From assembly GCA_964594965.1 (NCBI GenBank), contig CAZQMX010000002.1, positions 44,306-108,305 on the forward strand: a DNA stretch of 64,000 nucleotides. The letters are read 5' to 3'. This document shows positions 46,363-54,485 of the stretch, one piece after another. The translations under genes were made by a program, and so were the position numbers. The first letter of the stretch is position 1. The number at the start of each line of letters is the position of its first letter. Below the pieces are notes generated by a model, which made no database searches, was not told the DNA's origin, and was given only the letters and a program-made list of their open reading frames with translations. The DNA is from an uncultured Candidatus Saccharibacteria bacterium. Lineage in GTDB: Bacteria; Patescibacteriota; Minisyncoccia; Portnoybacterales; UBA2143.

Positions 46363-47045
46363 CTATCTCTAAGGCAAATAAAATAAATTCGGGAAAGAAG
46401 TATTCCGAGAATTGGAGGAAAAAAGTAAGTAAAGGGTGGTTTAAAAAAGAAGGCATTCCTTGGAATAAAAGCAAAAAGATGCCTATGGAGACAAGGAGAA
46501 AATTAAGTAGAGCCCTTAAGGGACGCAAGGCTTGGAATAAGGGAAAAACAATGCCGGAAGAAGTAAAAAAGAAGTTGAGTGAACTTCTTAAAGGAAAGCG
46601 TCGTTCACCCGAGACAGAATTTAAAAAAGGACAATATAAAGGAGACGGGAACCCAGCCAAAAGAATGGAAATAAGAAGAAAAATAAGTGAAGCCAAAAAA
46701 GGAAAACCACACTTCAATCAAAGAGGAAGAAATCACGGAAACTGGAAAGGCGGGATTACTCCTAAAAACGAAAAAATCAGGAAAACTCTAGAATATAAAT
46801 TATGGAGAGAAGCTGTCTTTGCTAGAGACAATTGGAGTTGTCGAAAATGTAGAAAAAGAGGAAGTAAATTAGCTTCACATCATCTCTATAACTTCGCCGA
46901 TTTCGCCAGATCACGAACCTCGATTGAAAATGGAATTACCCTTTGTGAAAAATGTTATAGAGAATTCCATAAAGTTTATGGCTTAAAGAGGAATACAAAA
47001 GAAAAATTCGAAGAGTTTTTAAGTTTGCCCAATCGTTATAAATAG
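46359..47045 (+). CDS. HNH homing-type endonuclease with NUMOD3 DNA-binding repeats
   Basis: Four to five W/GNKGK...MPEE/TRRK NUMOD3-like repeats, then HNH core CRKCRKRGSKLASHHLYNF...NGITLCEKCYREFH. ATGA overlap with the yebC stop. Confidence 0.75.
   Translation: MTISKANKINSGKKYSENWRKKVSKGWFKKEGIPWNKSKKMPMETRRKLSRALKGRKAWNKGKTMPEEVKKKLSELLKGKRRSPETEFKKGQYKGDGNPAKRMEIRRKISEAKKGKPHFNQRGRNHGNWKGGITPKNEKIRKTLEYKLWREAVFARDNWSCRKCRKRGSKLASHHLYNFADFARSRTSIENGITLCEKCYREFHKVYGLKRNTKEKFEEFLSLPNRYK
46359..47045 (+). mobile_element. free-standing HNH endonuclease gene inserted between yebC and ruvC
   Basis: yebC-ruvC are normally adjacent; an HNH-NUMOD gene sits exactly between them. Confidence 0.5.
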
Positions 47046-47069
47046 ATAATTAAAATATATTTCATAAAC

Positions 47070-47546
47070 ATGACTATCTTAGGCGTAGACCCGGGAGTAG
47101 CCCGTGTAGGGTATGGTTTAGTTAAAAAAACATCAAATAATAATTTAAAACTGATTGACTATAATTGTATTGAAACCGATAAAGAATTACCGATTGCCCA
47201 GCGACTTAGCCAGATAGATAAACAATTGAAAAAGATAATCAAAGAAAACAAACCAGAACAGGTAGCTGTCGAAGATATTTTCTTTTTTAAGAATCTTAAA
47301 ACCGTAATTGCTGTTAGTCAGGCCCGGGGTGTTATTCTGGCCAGAGCGGCTAAAATGAGAATTCCTGTTATTGAATACACTCCCCTTCAGATTAAACAGG
47401 CCGTGACAAGTTACGGCCGGGCGGATAAAACCCAGGTTCAAAAAATGGTTAAATTGCTTTTAAAATTAAAACAAATTCCCAAGCCGGATGACGCTGCCGA
47501 CGCGCTGGCAACAGCCATCTGCTGCGCTCATTCTGTTTGTCAATAA
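47070..47546 (+). CDS. ruvC: Holliday junction resolvase RuvC
   Basis: MTILGVDPGVARVGYGLV start and catalytic acidic residues (VEDIFFFKN, DAADALA). Confidence 0.85.
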   Translation: MTILGVDPGVARVGYGLVKKTSNNNLKLIDYNCIETDKELPIAQRLSQIDKQLKKIIKENKPEQVAVEDIFFFKNLKTVIAVSQARGVILARAAKMRIPVIEYTPLQIKQAVTSYGRADKTQVQKMVKLLLKLKQIPKPDDAADALATAICCAHSVCQ

Positions 47547-47547
47547 A

Positions 47548-48210
47548 ATGTCATTTATCAGTCAATATTTAATCAATCAGGGAATGCCTGAGGAAACATT
47601 AATTCTTCTTTTAATGCTGCCAATTGTGGCAACCATTATTGCCTTTGCCCGCCAGGTCATTGGCATTAAGGGCTTTGGCATTTACACCCCTTTAATCATT
47701 TCTTTTGCTTTTTTAGCGACTGGTTTAAGATATGGCCTGGCTCTTTTTCTGATAATTCTCCTGGTCGGGACGATTATGAGGTTAGTTGTTAAAAAATTCC
47801 GCCTTCTCTATCTTCCCCGAATGGCAATTGTTTTAACAGCGGTTGCCGTTGTTGTTATTGCTCTTTTTCCCCTCGGAGCATATTTTGACCGAAATGGTCT
47901 GATTGGCGCTTCGATTCTAGCTATTCTAATTATGACAACCCTGGTTGAAAAATTTATTGTCGCTCAGATTGAAAGGGGTGCTCGGGGAGCAATCCTTTTA
48001 ACAACCGAAACTCTTTTTCTTTCCGTCATTTCCTTCTTTGTTATCAGCTGGATCTGGCTCCAAGGATTTGTCTTAATTTACCCTGCCTGGATTATTCTGG
48101 CTGCTGTTTTAGCCAATATTCTTTTAGGCAAATGGACCGGTCTTCGTTTAACTGAATACTTCCGTTTTAAGGAAGTTATCAAACATGCTGAAATTTCTGG
48201 AAAAAAGTAA
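47548..48210 (+). CDS. 7-TM integral membrane protein (first gene of the ATP-grasp operon)
   Basis: Start at MSFISQYL (the ORF-track start 47488 overlaps ruvC). Seven hydrophobic helices, no soluble domain. 26-nt overlap with the next gene. Confidence 0.55.
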   Translation: MSFISQYLINQGMPEETLILLLMLPIVATIIAFARQVIGIKGFGIYTPLIISFAFLATGLRYGLALFLIILLVGTIMRLVVKKFRLLYLPRMAIVLTAVAVVVIALFPLGAYFDRNGLIGASILAILIMTTLVEKFIVAQIERGARGAILLTTETLFLSVISFFVISWIWLQGFVLIYPAWIILAAVLANILLGKWTGLRLTEYFRFKEVIKHAEISGKK

Positions 48211-49513
48211 ATACGTTCTGGGATTAAATGCCCGCAATCTGACTTATCTCCGGCCCTCCAATAGTTCGAGGGCTGTTCGGATTGCTGATAACAAGCTTTT
48301 AGCCAAGAGGATTTTGAAAAAAGCTGGCTTGCCGGTTTTGGATACTCACGCCACCATTTCTGACTCAAAAGAATTAAGGGAGTTTGACTGGAATTCCTTG
48401 CCGCCAACCTTTGTTTTGAAACCTAATCGGGGTCTGGGCGGTGAAGGCATTATCATTGTTTACGGCAAAAAAAAGAAAGCTCCTTATCCCTGGGTCAGGG
48501 CAGACCGGAGAACGGTTGAAATTGAAGACCTCGAAGATCACACCCAGAATATTCTGGATGGAACCTATTCTTTAACCGGTTTGCCTGATGTTGCCTTTTT
48601 TGAAGAAAGAGTCAAATTAATTAAACTCTTAAAGCCGTATTCTTTTAGAGGAATTCCTGATATCCGCATTATTGTCTATAACTCTGTTCCGGTTATGGCG
48701 GAAATGCGCTTACCAACCCAGGAATCAGGCGGTAAAGCCAATCTTCATTTAGGCGGCATTGGTGTTGGTATTGATATGGGCAATGGTATTACTACAACTG
48801 CTATTCAAAGAGACCGTTTGATTGAATACGCTCCTGGAACCCGACTTCCCCTTTCAGGAATTCATATTCCTGATTGGAAAGAAGTTCTTCGAATGGCAAT
48901 TTACGCCCAGCAGGCAACCCGAATTGGATTCCTCGGCATTGACATTGCTATTGACCGGGATAAGGGACCAATGATCCTGGAATTAAATGTCAGGCCGGGC
49001 CTATCAATCCAGATTGCTAATTTGACTCCTTTGGGAGATCGCCTCCAAAGGGTTAAAGGCCTTAAAATTAAAACTATTAATAAGGGGGTTAAAATTGCCC
49101 AGGATCTTTTTGGCGGTGAAATCGAGGAAGAACTTGAAGAAATCTCTGGCCGGAAAGTAATTGGCATTAACGAACCAATTGAAATTCTGGACAATGATGA
49201 AAACAAACATCCAACCATGGCTAAAATTGATACCGGCGCCTACCGGACAACAATTTGCCAGACCCTGGCCGATAAATTAAATCTGAATAAGATTATTAGC
49301 CACAAGAAAGTCAGAGGAGCATTAGGGATTGAAGAAAGACCGATTATTAACCTCTCTTTTATTTTAGATAAAAGACTAGTCACAACCGAAGCTTTTGTCG
49401 CTGACCGGAGCGAGATGAAATATGATATTATCGTCGGAAGAAAAGATTTGAAAAGGTTTTTGGTTGATCCGGCTAAGAACGTCTTTATGCGGGGGAAAGG
49501 ACGAGTTAGTTAA
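48185..49513 (+). CDS. fusion protein: RimK-related alpha-L-glutamate-ligase-like ATP-grasp domain (N) + retropepsin-like aspartic protease domain (C; RimB/PF05618-like)
   Basis: N-terminus VLGLNARNLTYLRP...IADNKLLAKRILKKAGLPV matches the alpha-L-glutamate ligase-related family pattern (GMN-RN--YI...ADDKLLTK-LA--AG-PVP). C-terminus has KIDTGAYRTTI (D-T-G-A at 49229..49240) plus a second half with IIVGRKDL, typical of retropepsin-like protease. Confidence 0.7.
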   Translation: MLKFLEKSKYVLGLNARNLTYLRPSNSSRAVRIADNKLLAKRILKKAGLPVLDTHATISDSKELREFDWNSLPPTFVLKPNRGLGGEGIIIVYGKKKKAPYPWVRADRRTVEIEDLEDHTQNILDGTYSLTGLPDVAFFEERVKLIKLLKPYSFRGIPDIRIIVYNSVPVMAEMRLPTQESGGKANLHLGGIGVGIDMGNGITTTAIQRDRLIEYAPGTRLPLSGIHIPDWKEVLRMAIYAQQATRIGFLGIDIAIDRDKGPMILELNVRPGLSIQIANLTPLGDRLQRVKGLKIKTINKGVKIAQDLFGGEIEEELEEISGRKVIGINEPIEILDNDENKHPTMAKIDTGAYRTTICQTLADKLNLNKIISHKKVRGALGIEERPIINLSFILDKRLVTTEAFVADRSEMKYDIIVGRKDLKRFLVDPAKNVFMRGKGRVS

Positions 49514-49515
49514 TT

Positions 49516-51009
49516 ATGCTTATCAAAGACCTAGCCTCTCTAAAAGAATACTTTTCTCAGATTAAAACTCCGATATTTGGCGCCGGGGTCTATGTTTTTA
49601 ACCGGCTTGGCCTGGAAGATATCTATTCCAATTACCGGATTCTGGCCCTGCGCTATAGTTTGGATACCAAACTAATTGAAAAAGGCATTAAGGTTCTGTC
49701 TTTGGAAAAGGGAATGGGAACCAGGCATATCAGAGAGCCAAGAAATGCCACCACCGTTATTAGCCATTCTAAAACAAAAGAATACCTTAAGAAATTCCAA
49801 AATCCGGCTATTCTGGTTTATCAGCCGTCTAAAAAAATGGAAGAGGTTTGTCAGGAAAATGGATGGGAATTACTTAACAATCCGACAAGTTTTGGCAAAG
49901 ATCTATTGGAAAACAAAATCAAATTCAGAAGAATCTTAAAAGAATTAGGTATTGCTGTTCCGCCCGGAAAAATTGCTTCAGCTTCCAAACTTCATTACGG
50001 GCATTTGATTAATAGGTATGGGTTGCCTTTTGTTATCCAGCATCCAACCAAGGGCGGCGGCAAAGGAACTTTTTTCATCAACAACAAAGAAGATTTTGAC
50101 CAGGCCTACAAGAAACTTCATAAGAAATGGGACGAAGATAATGAAAAAGAAGTCACTCCGCCGGATGAAGTTATTGTTGCCCAGTTTATCCAGGGTTCTT
50201 CCCCTTCAATTACCGCCTGCGTTACAAAACATGGCGTTCTTTCAACCAATCTTCAGTATCAGATTCTTGATGCTCCGAAGTTATATAATCCGGAAAAGGG
50301 TTCTGGTCTTTTCTGCGGTCATGACTGGACAAGTTCCAGGTTTTCTGATTCAATCAATTACCAGGCCTACGAAGCTGTTGAAAAAATCGGCCAGTATTTC
50401 AAAGAGCTGGGCTACAAGGGAATTTTCGGCTTAGATTTTGTCCTTGACGAAAAAAAAGAAAAACTCTACATTGTTGAATGTAATCCCCGCTTTCTTGGTT
50501 CTTACCCGGTTATTAACATGGCTCAGTTAATAAACAACGAGCCGCCAATTCTGGCCTTTCATGTTTTGGAGTTTTTAGGAAATGATTACCAGATTGATAA
50601 AAATGAAATTAATTACCAAATGCGAAGAGAAAAAATCGGCGCTCAGATGATTTTGCATAATTTAACAACCAAATGGGCCAGAAATCACAAGCAAATTAAG
50701 GCCGGGGTTTACAAATTAAGGAAAAACAAATTAAAATACATCCGGGAGGGGTATGATTTAAAGCATTTAAGAGAAAAGGAAGAATTTCTTTTAGCTGACG
50801 GGGTTTCATTAAAACATTCCCATTTTAGTCCTAATCGCCGGCTTTGCCGGATCCTGACTCTTAATCAATGCCTTGCTGATGATTACAAGAATCTTAATCC
50901 CTGGGCAAAGCAGGTATCTGAAACAGTCTATTCTGCCTTTGAAATGAAACCAATCAAGTTTATTAAACTCAAAAAATTCTTTTTTCCTAATCTTTTAGCT
51001 AAAGGTTAG
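49516..51009 (+). CDS. ATP-grasp superfamily ligase with N-terminal pre-ATP-grasp domain (uncharacterized subfamily)
   Basis: KIKFRRILKELGIAVPPGKI...GLPFVIQHPTKGGGKGTFFINNKEDFDQAYKKL...VIVAQFIQG...GIFGLDFVLDEKKEKLYIVECNPRF. 2-nt gap from the upstream gene. Confidence 0.6.
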   Translation: MLIKDLASLKEYFSQIKTPIFGAGVYVFNRLGLEDIYSNYRILALRYSLDTKLIEKGIKVLSLEKGMGTRHIREPRNATTVISHSKTKEYLKKFQNPAILVYQPSKKMEEVCQENGWELLNNPTSFGKDLLENKIKFRRILKELGIAVPPGKIASASKLHYGHLINRYGLPFVIQHPTKGGGKGTFFINNKEDFDQAYKKLHKKWDEDNEKEVTPPDEVIVAQFIQGSSPSITACVTKHGVLSTNLQYQILDAPKLYNPEKGSGLFCGHDWTSSRFSDSINYQAYEAVEKIGQYFKELGYKGIFGLDFVLDEKKEKLYIVECNPRFLGSYPVINMAQLINNEPPILAFHVLEFLGNDYQIDKNEINYQMRREKIGAQMILHNLTTKWARNHKQIKAGVYKLRKNKLKYIREGYDLKHLREKEEFLLADGVSLKHSHFSPNRRLCRILTLNQCLADDYKNLNPWAKQVSETVYSAFEMKPIKFIKLKKFFFPNLLAKG

Positions 51010-51014
51010 GCTCC

Positions 51015-52043
51015 ATGATTACATACTTTAATACAAAAAAAGAGATTAATCTCAAAGAATTTATCGGCCGGGGGGGTCGTTTTTTAATTCTGCATTTAAG
51101 GGAACTTAAAAAAAGGAATATTGATTGTCAGGTTCTTGTCCAGAAAAGAAAAGACAGGGATGATGTTCTTTTCTTGAAAATTAGAAAAGAAGGCAAGACC
51201 AGATGGCTTTCTCCTCAAAAAGGATATTTCAATACCAAGCAAAGCTGCGAACTGGCCCTTCACAAAGACCTGACTTACAAGATTCTTGAATCAGTTAATT
51301 TGCCTGTTCCTCAAAACTACAAGATTGAAAAAATCAGCCAATTAAAGAAAATAGATTTGTCTTATCCGGTTGTGGTTAAACCAACTGACCAGGCCAAGGG
51401 CAAAGGTGTCCTAATTGGCATTAAAGACAGGGAAGAATTGAAAAAATCAGTTAAAAGACTGCTTAAAAAATATTCTTCTTTGATTGTTGAAGAATACATT
51501 CCGGGAAATGATTATCGTCTTTTAATTCTGGATAAAAAACTCCTGGGAGCGATAAAAAGAACGCCGCCAAAAATTAAAGCTGATGGAAAAAGAACCATCC
51601 GGGAATTAATCAGAAAGGAAAACAAAAAAAGATATGATAGGCCAATTGCCTTTAAGCCCTACTCCAAAACACTGGAAATTGATTTAGAAGTTAAGAGATG
51701 CTTAAGAGAGCAAGGTTATTCCCTTAATTCAATTCCTAAAAAGGATGAAAAAATTATTGTCAGGAGAAATACTAATTTCTCGAGCGGTGGAGAAACATTA
51801 GATGTGACTAAAAAAGTTCATCCGGAGAATATTAAAATCGCCAAAAAGGCGATTAAATCTCTCGGACTTAAATTCGGCGGAGTTGATTTCGTTGCTGAAA
51901 AAATATCAGAGCCGATTAGCCGGAACAATGGTCGGATTGTTGAAATTAACGGTATTCCTGGAATTTGGATACATCATTTTCCAAATCACGGCCAAAGAAG
52001 AAACATTGCCAAGAAAATTATTGATTACTTGTTTGAAAACTAA
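51015..52043 (+). CDS. stand-alone cyanophycin-synthetase-N-domain-like / RimK-like ATP-grasp ligase
   Basis: YPVVVKPTDQAKGKGVLIGI...DYRLLILDKKLLGAIKRTPPKIKADGKRTIRELI...NFSSGGETLDVTKKVHPENIKIAKKAIKSLGLKFGGVDFV closely parallels the CphA N-terminal ATP-grasp motifs (DYRLLVV..KVVAA..RxPAxVxGDG..TIxELI ... NLSTGGxAxDVTDxVHPxN...GLDIAGIDF). Confidence 0.7.
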   Translation: MITYFNTKKEINLKEFIGRGGRFLILHLRELKKRNIDCQVLVQKRKDRDDVLFLKIRKEGKTRWLSPQKGYFNTKQSCELALHKDLTYKILESVNLPVPQNYKIEKISQLKKIDLSYPVVVKPTDQAKGKGVLIGIKDREELKKSVKRLLKKYSSLIVEEYIPGNDYRLLILDKKLLGAIKRTPPKIKADGKRTIRELIRKENKKRYDRPIAFKPYSKTLEIDLEVKRCLREQGYSLNSIPKKDEKIIVRRNTNFSSGGETLDVTKKVHPENIKIAKKAIKSLGLKFGGVDFVAEKISEPISRNNGRIVEINGIPGIWIHHFPNHGQRRNIAKKIIDYLFEN

Positions 52044-52063
52044 AAGTGTAATGTCTTGCTTTT

Positions 52064-52237
52064 TTAGGCCTTGTGAAAAAGGATCGCCAGTATGAAAGAA
52101 ACCACTGCGGCAAGAGCGTAGATTAATATCCCGGATGAATTGCCGTTAGCTATGACATGTCCGGAAATTGCCCCTACCCAGATGATTCCAAGAGTAAGCC
52201 AAAACATTGTAAAAAACTTACTAGTTTTTTTATTCAT
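52064..52237 (-). CDS. possible small 2-TM membrane protein (57 aa), below ORF-track threshold
   Basis: Reverse-strand ATG at 52237 to TAA at 52064: MNKKTSKFFTMFWLTLGIIWVGAISGHVIANGNSSGILIYALAAVVSFILAILFHKA. Confidence 0.25.
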   Translation of the reverse strand: MNKKTSKFFTMFWLTLGIIWVGAISGHVIANGNSSGILIYALAAVVSFILAILFHKA

Positions 52238-52294
52238 ATTCCTATTATACCACCTTTGGAATAGGAACCAATCAAATTAACTGGGGAAAACTTT

Positions 52295-52328
52295 AACGGC
52301 AGACCTGTTTAAGTCTGCCGTCTTTTTA
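52295..52328. terminator. bidirectional rho-independent terminator (acggcagac-ctgtttaa-gtctgccgt + ttttta)
   Basis: 9-bp GC-rich stem with U-tail on + strand and A-run upstream; sits between the convergent ATP-grasp operon and the 52335..52955 gene. Confidence 0.65.
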
Positions 52329-52334
52329 GATGAG

Positions 52335-52955
52335 TTAGTCAGGAACATTGCAATACGCGTAAGCAGCGCTTACAGCCTCCTGTATTTCTTCGAGACGCTC
52401 CTTTACCACGCGCCTCTTGGCCTCTTTTAACCTGGCGAGGAAAAAATCAGTCCAGAATTCGGGCATAGACGTTAGTTCGTCTTTATGGCGACCTGGCTCC
52501 AAGAGATCGAACGGATTACGGGTCGTGCCACCCCCTCCCCATAAATGGACTACATTGGCTTTGCCATCTTTTGTCACTAACGGCATTCCATTTTCATCGT
52601 ATTCCGGCAGAGTTGTAATCTGGACCCAAATCCGATAAGGAATACTAAAGACTTCTGTTGTATCAAAGACAATCAGAGAAACATTGGCTAATAAGGGTAA
52701 ATCTATGGACTCTAATCCAACAAGGACTGGCCAGATAAAGCTTTCTTCAAATAAAACAGTTCCTTTTTCATCGGTCGTTTTGTACTCTGCCATCTTTTCA
52801 CTATCAAACAGAGCAGTTGGAACCTGAGGATTCTGCCGAAGCGGCAAATGATTATGATCGGTATAAAACGCTATTTTCATGGTGTCTTCCCTCCTTTTCG
52901 GTATTCTGATTTGAAGAACATTAATTTGAGACAAGGATACAATAATGTTTGTCAA
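52335..52955 (-). CDS. hypothetical protein, compositionally atypical (higher GC); probable start MKIAFYTDHNHL (~52880)
   Basis: Clear ORF with markedly higher G+C than surrounding genes; no recognisable motif. Confidence 0.4.
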   Translation of the reverse strand: MTNIIVSLSQINVLQIRIPKRREDTMKIAFYTDHNHLPLRQNPQVPTALFDSEKMAEYKTTDEKGTVLFEESFIWPVLVGLESIDLPLLANVSLIVFDTTEVFSIPYRIWVQITTLPEYDENGMPLVTKDGKANVVHLWGGGGTTRNPFDLLEPGRHKDELTSMPEFWTDFFLARLKEAKRRVVKERLEEIQEAVSAAYAYCNVPD

Positions 52956-53048
52956 AAGTAAACAAAAAAAAAACCGATTAGGGTTGGTTTGTAATCACCA
53001 AAAGAGTTTAAAGTATAATTTTTAGCAGTTCAGGAAATCGTTCTGTCT

Positions 53049-53573
53049 TCATATCTCCATAGGTAAAATGACCCATATTTTTGAACTGATGTATTTCTGC
53101 TTTAGAAAAGGTTTTTTTATTCTGTCTACTGATTCTTTTACTCCTTCTATATCTTCGTCCTCTGATATAAGTATATGGATTTCTTTAGCTCTTTCTTGAA
53201 TACCAGAATCAATAGAAAAATCAAAGAAAGATGATGTTCTTCTTTTGTTTGGATCCAGCCAGGGCGCAACCAGAACAAGTTTGCTTATTTTAACCTTGTT
53301 CTCGGTTAGCCATCGTACCAAAAATCCTCCACCAAAACTATACCCAACCAATATCGTGTCTTCGCCAATATTAAATCGCTCAAATTCCTTTACCCATTTT
53401 TGGTAGTTTGGGTTATAAGCCCTTGGCATTTCGGGCGTCTGCGTAAATACATCTTTTATTAATAATTGTTTTTGTAGCCAAGGAAGCCAATGACTATTAG
53501 AAAGCGATGGGTAAGTATCACTAAAATACTCTTCCCTGTCACAACTACCATGAATAAGTATCGCATTTTTCAT
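53049..53573 (-). CDS. alpha/beta hydrolase, RBBP9/YdeN-like serine hydrolase family
   Basis: AILIHGSCD...ILVGYSFGGGFLVRWL (GxSxG nucleophile elbow) ...LVLVAPWLDP; ~175 aa as in PF06821. Confidence 0.65.
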   Translation of the reverse strand: MKNAILIHGSCDREEYFSDTYPSLSNSHWLPWLQKQLLIKDVFTQTPEMPRAYNPNYQKWVKEFERFNIGEDTILVGYSFGGGFLVRWLTENKVKISKLVLVAPWLDPNKRRTSSFFDFSIDSGIQERAKEIHILISEDEDIEGVKESVDRIKKPFLKQKYISSKIWVILPMEI

Positions 53574-53579
53574 ACTCCA

Positions 53580-53604
53580 ATTATACCCTCCCCAAACAAA
53601 AAAA
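53580..53604 (-). promoter_or_regulatory. repeated promoter cassette (minus-strand sense TTTTTTTGTTTGGGGAGGGTATAAT) upstream of the hydrolase gene
   Basis: TATAAT located ~12 nt before the GGAG SD/ATG of 53049..53573; identical 25-nt cassette recurs at 54391..54415. Confidence 0.4.
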
Positions 53605-53622
53605 CCAATTGGGATTGGTTTT
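53601..53622 (-). terminator. terminator hairpin (aaaaccaat-cccaatt-ggtttt + T-run on minus strand) after membrane-protein gene
   Basis: Same hairpin sequence recurs at 56023..56044 downstream of mpg. Confidence 0.5.
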
Positions 53623-53668
53623 GGGACTTAAAACTAGTAACTGTAATTTACAATTAATTTGTTTCTCT

Positions 53669-54361
53669 TTACTTTCTTATCATCTTATACCTATCTACAT
53701 TTATCCAAAATTCATAAACTACTCCCGAAAACATCCCCCAGGCAAAAAACCATACTATTTCTTCAATTGGAATTTTAGCAAAAGCGACACCAGACAAGCC
53801 ATCTTGCACCCAAAGCCTATTAATCGCATCAGGATATATTTTTAACCAGGCCACATAAACTATCAATATCATAAATACCATTAAGACTGCACTCATTAAA
53901 GAATCTCTTCTTAAATCCTTGTCAATAAATAATAATACGACTGAACTAATAAACAAGGGGGTAATACTTGCCCAGATTGTATTTATTCCTAATCGCTTTA
54001 AGATTAAAAACAATATTATCATACCAGCCACGATTAGGATTGTTTCTAGTGTCCTTTTTCTTCCTACATCATGTTTTCTGGCAAATACAATCTCATAAAA
54101 CACACTGCCGATACCGCCAATAAAAAATCCGAATAAAATCTCCTCTATACCAACATAGGCGCCAAGAATCTTAATTGGCAAAACATACTCTGGGCTCCAA
54201 TAATCTTTAGCGAAAAACAATATTTGACTTATTGGCGCAACAGGAGCGACCAAGATGCTTACAAATAATTGTTGTTTTCTAAGGTCTTTTCTTTTTAAGA
54301 AAAACAAAAACCATACTAATCCAAGAAATAGGGTGGCGAAGAAATAGGCGTAATTATACAT
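53669..54361 (-). CDS. polytopic membrane protein, hypothetical (6-7 TM)
   Basis: 230 aa hydrophobic ORF; preceded by the promoter cassette at 54391..54415. Confidence 0.45.
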   Translation of the reverse strand: MYNYAYFFATLFLGLVWFLFFLKRKDLRKQQLFVSILVAPVAPISQILFFAKDYWSPEYVLPIKILGAYVGIEEILFGFFIGGIGSVFYEIVFARKHDVGRKRTLETILIVAGMIILFLILKRLGINTIWASITPLFISSVVLLFIDKDLRRDSLMSAVLMVFMILIVYVAWLKIYPDAINRLWVQDGLSGVAFAKIPIEEIVWFFAWGMFSGVVYEFWINVDRYKMIRK

Positions 54362-54390
54362 TTTCTAGCTTTTATTTTATTTCCTATATT

Positions 54391-54415
54391 ATTATACCCT
54401 CCCCAAACAAAAAAA
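54391..54415 (-). promoter_or_regulatory. second copy of promoter cassette TTTTTTTGTTTGGGGAGGGTATAAT (minus-strand sense)
   Basis: Identical to the 53580..53604 copy; precedes the 53669..54361 start. Confidence 0.4.
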
Positions 54416-54435
54416 CCAATCAGAAACCAATATAA

Positions 54436-54467
54436 AGAAGGGGGCTCTCAATGGAACTCCCTTCTTC
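54436..54467 (-). terminator. terminator hairpin after pncB (aagaaggg-(13 nt)-cccttctt on minus strand, then T-rich)
   Basis: 8-bp stem immediately downstream of the pncB stop. Confidence 0.45.
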
Positions 54468-54485
54468 GGTGTTTAAATAAAATAA

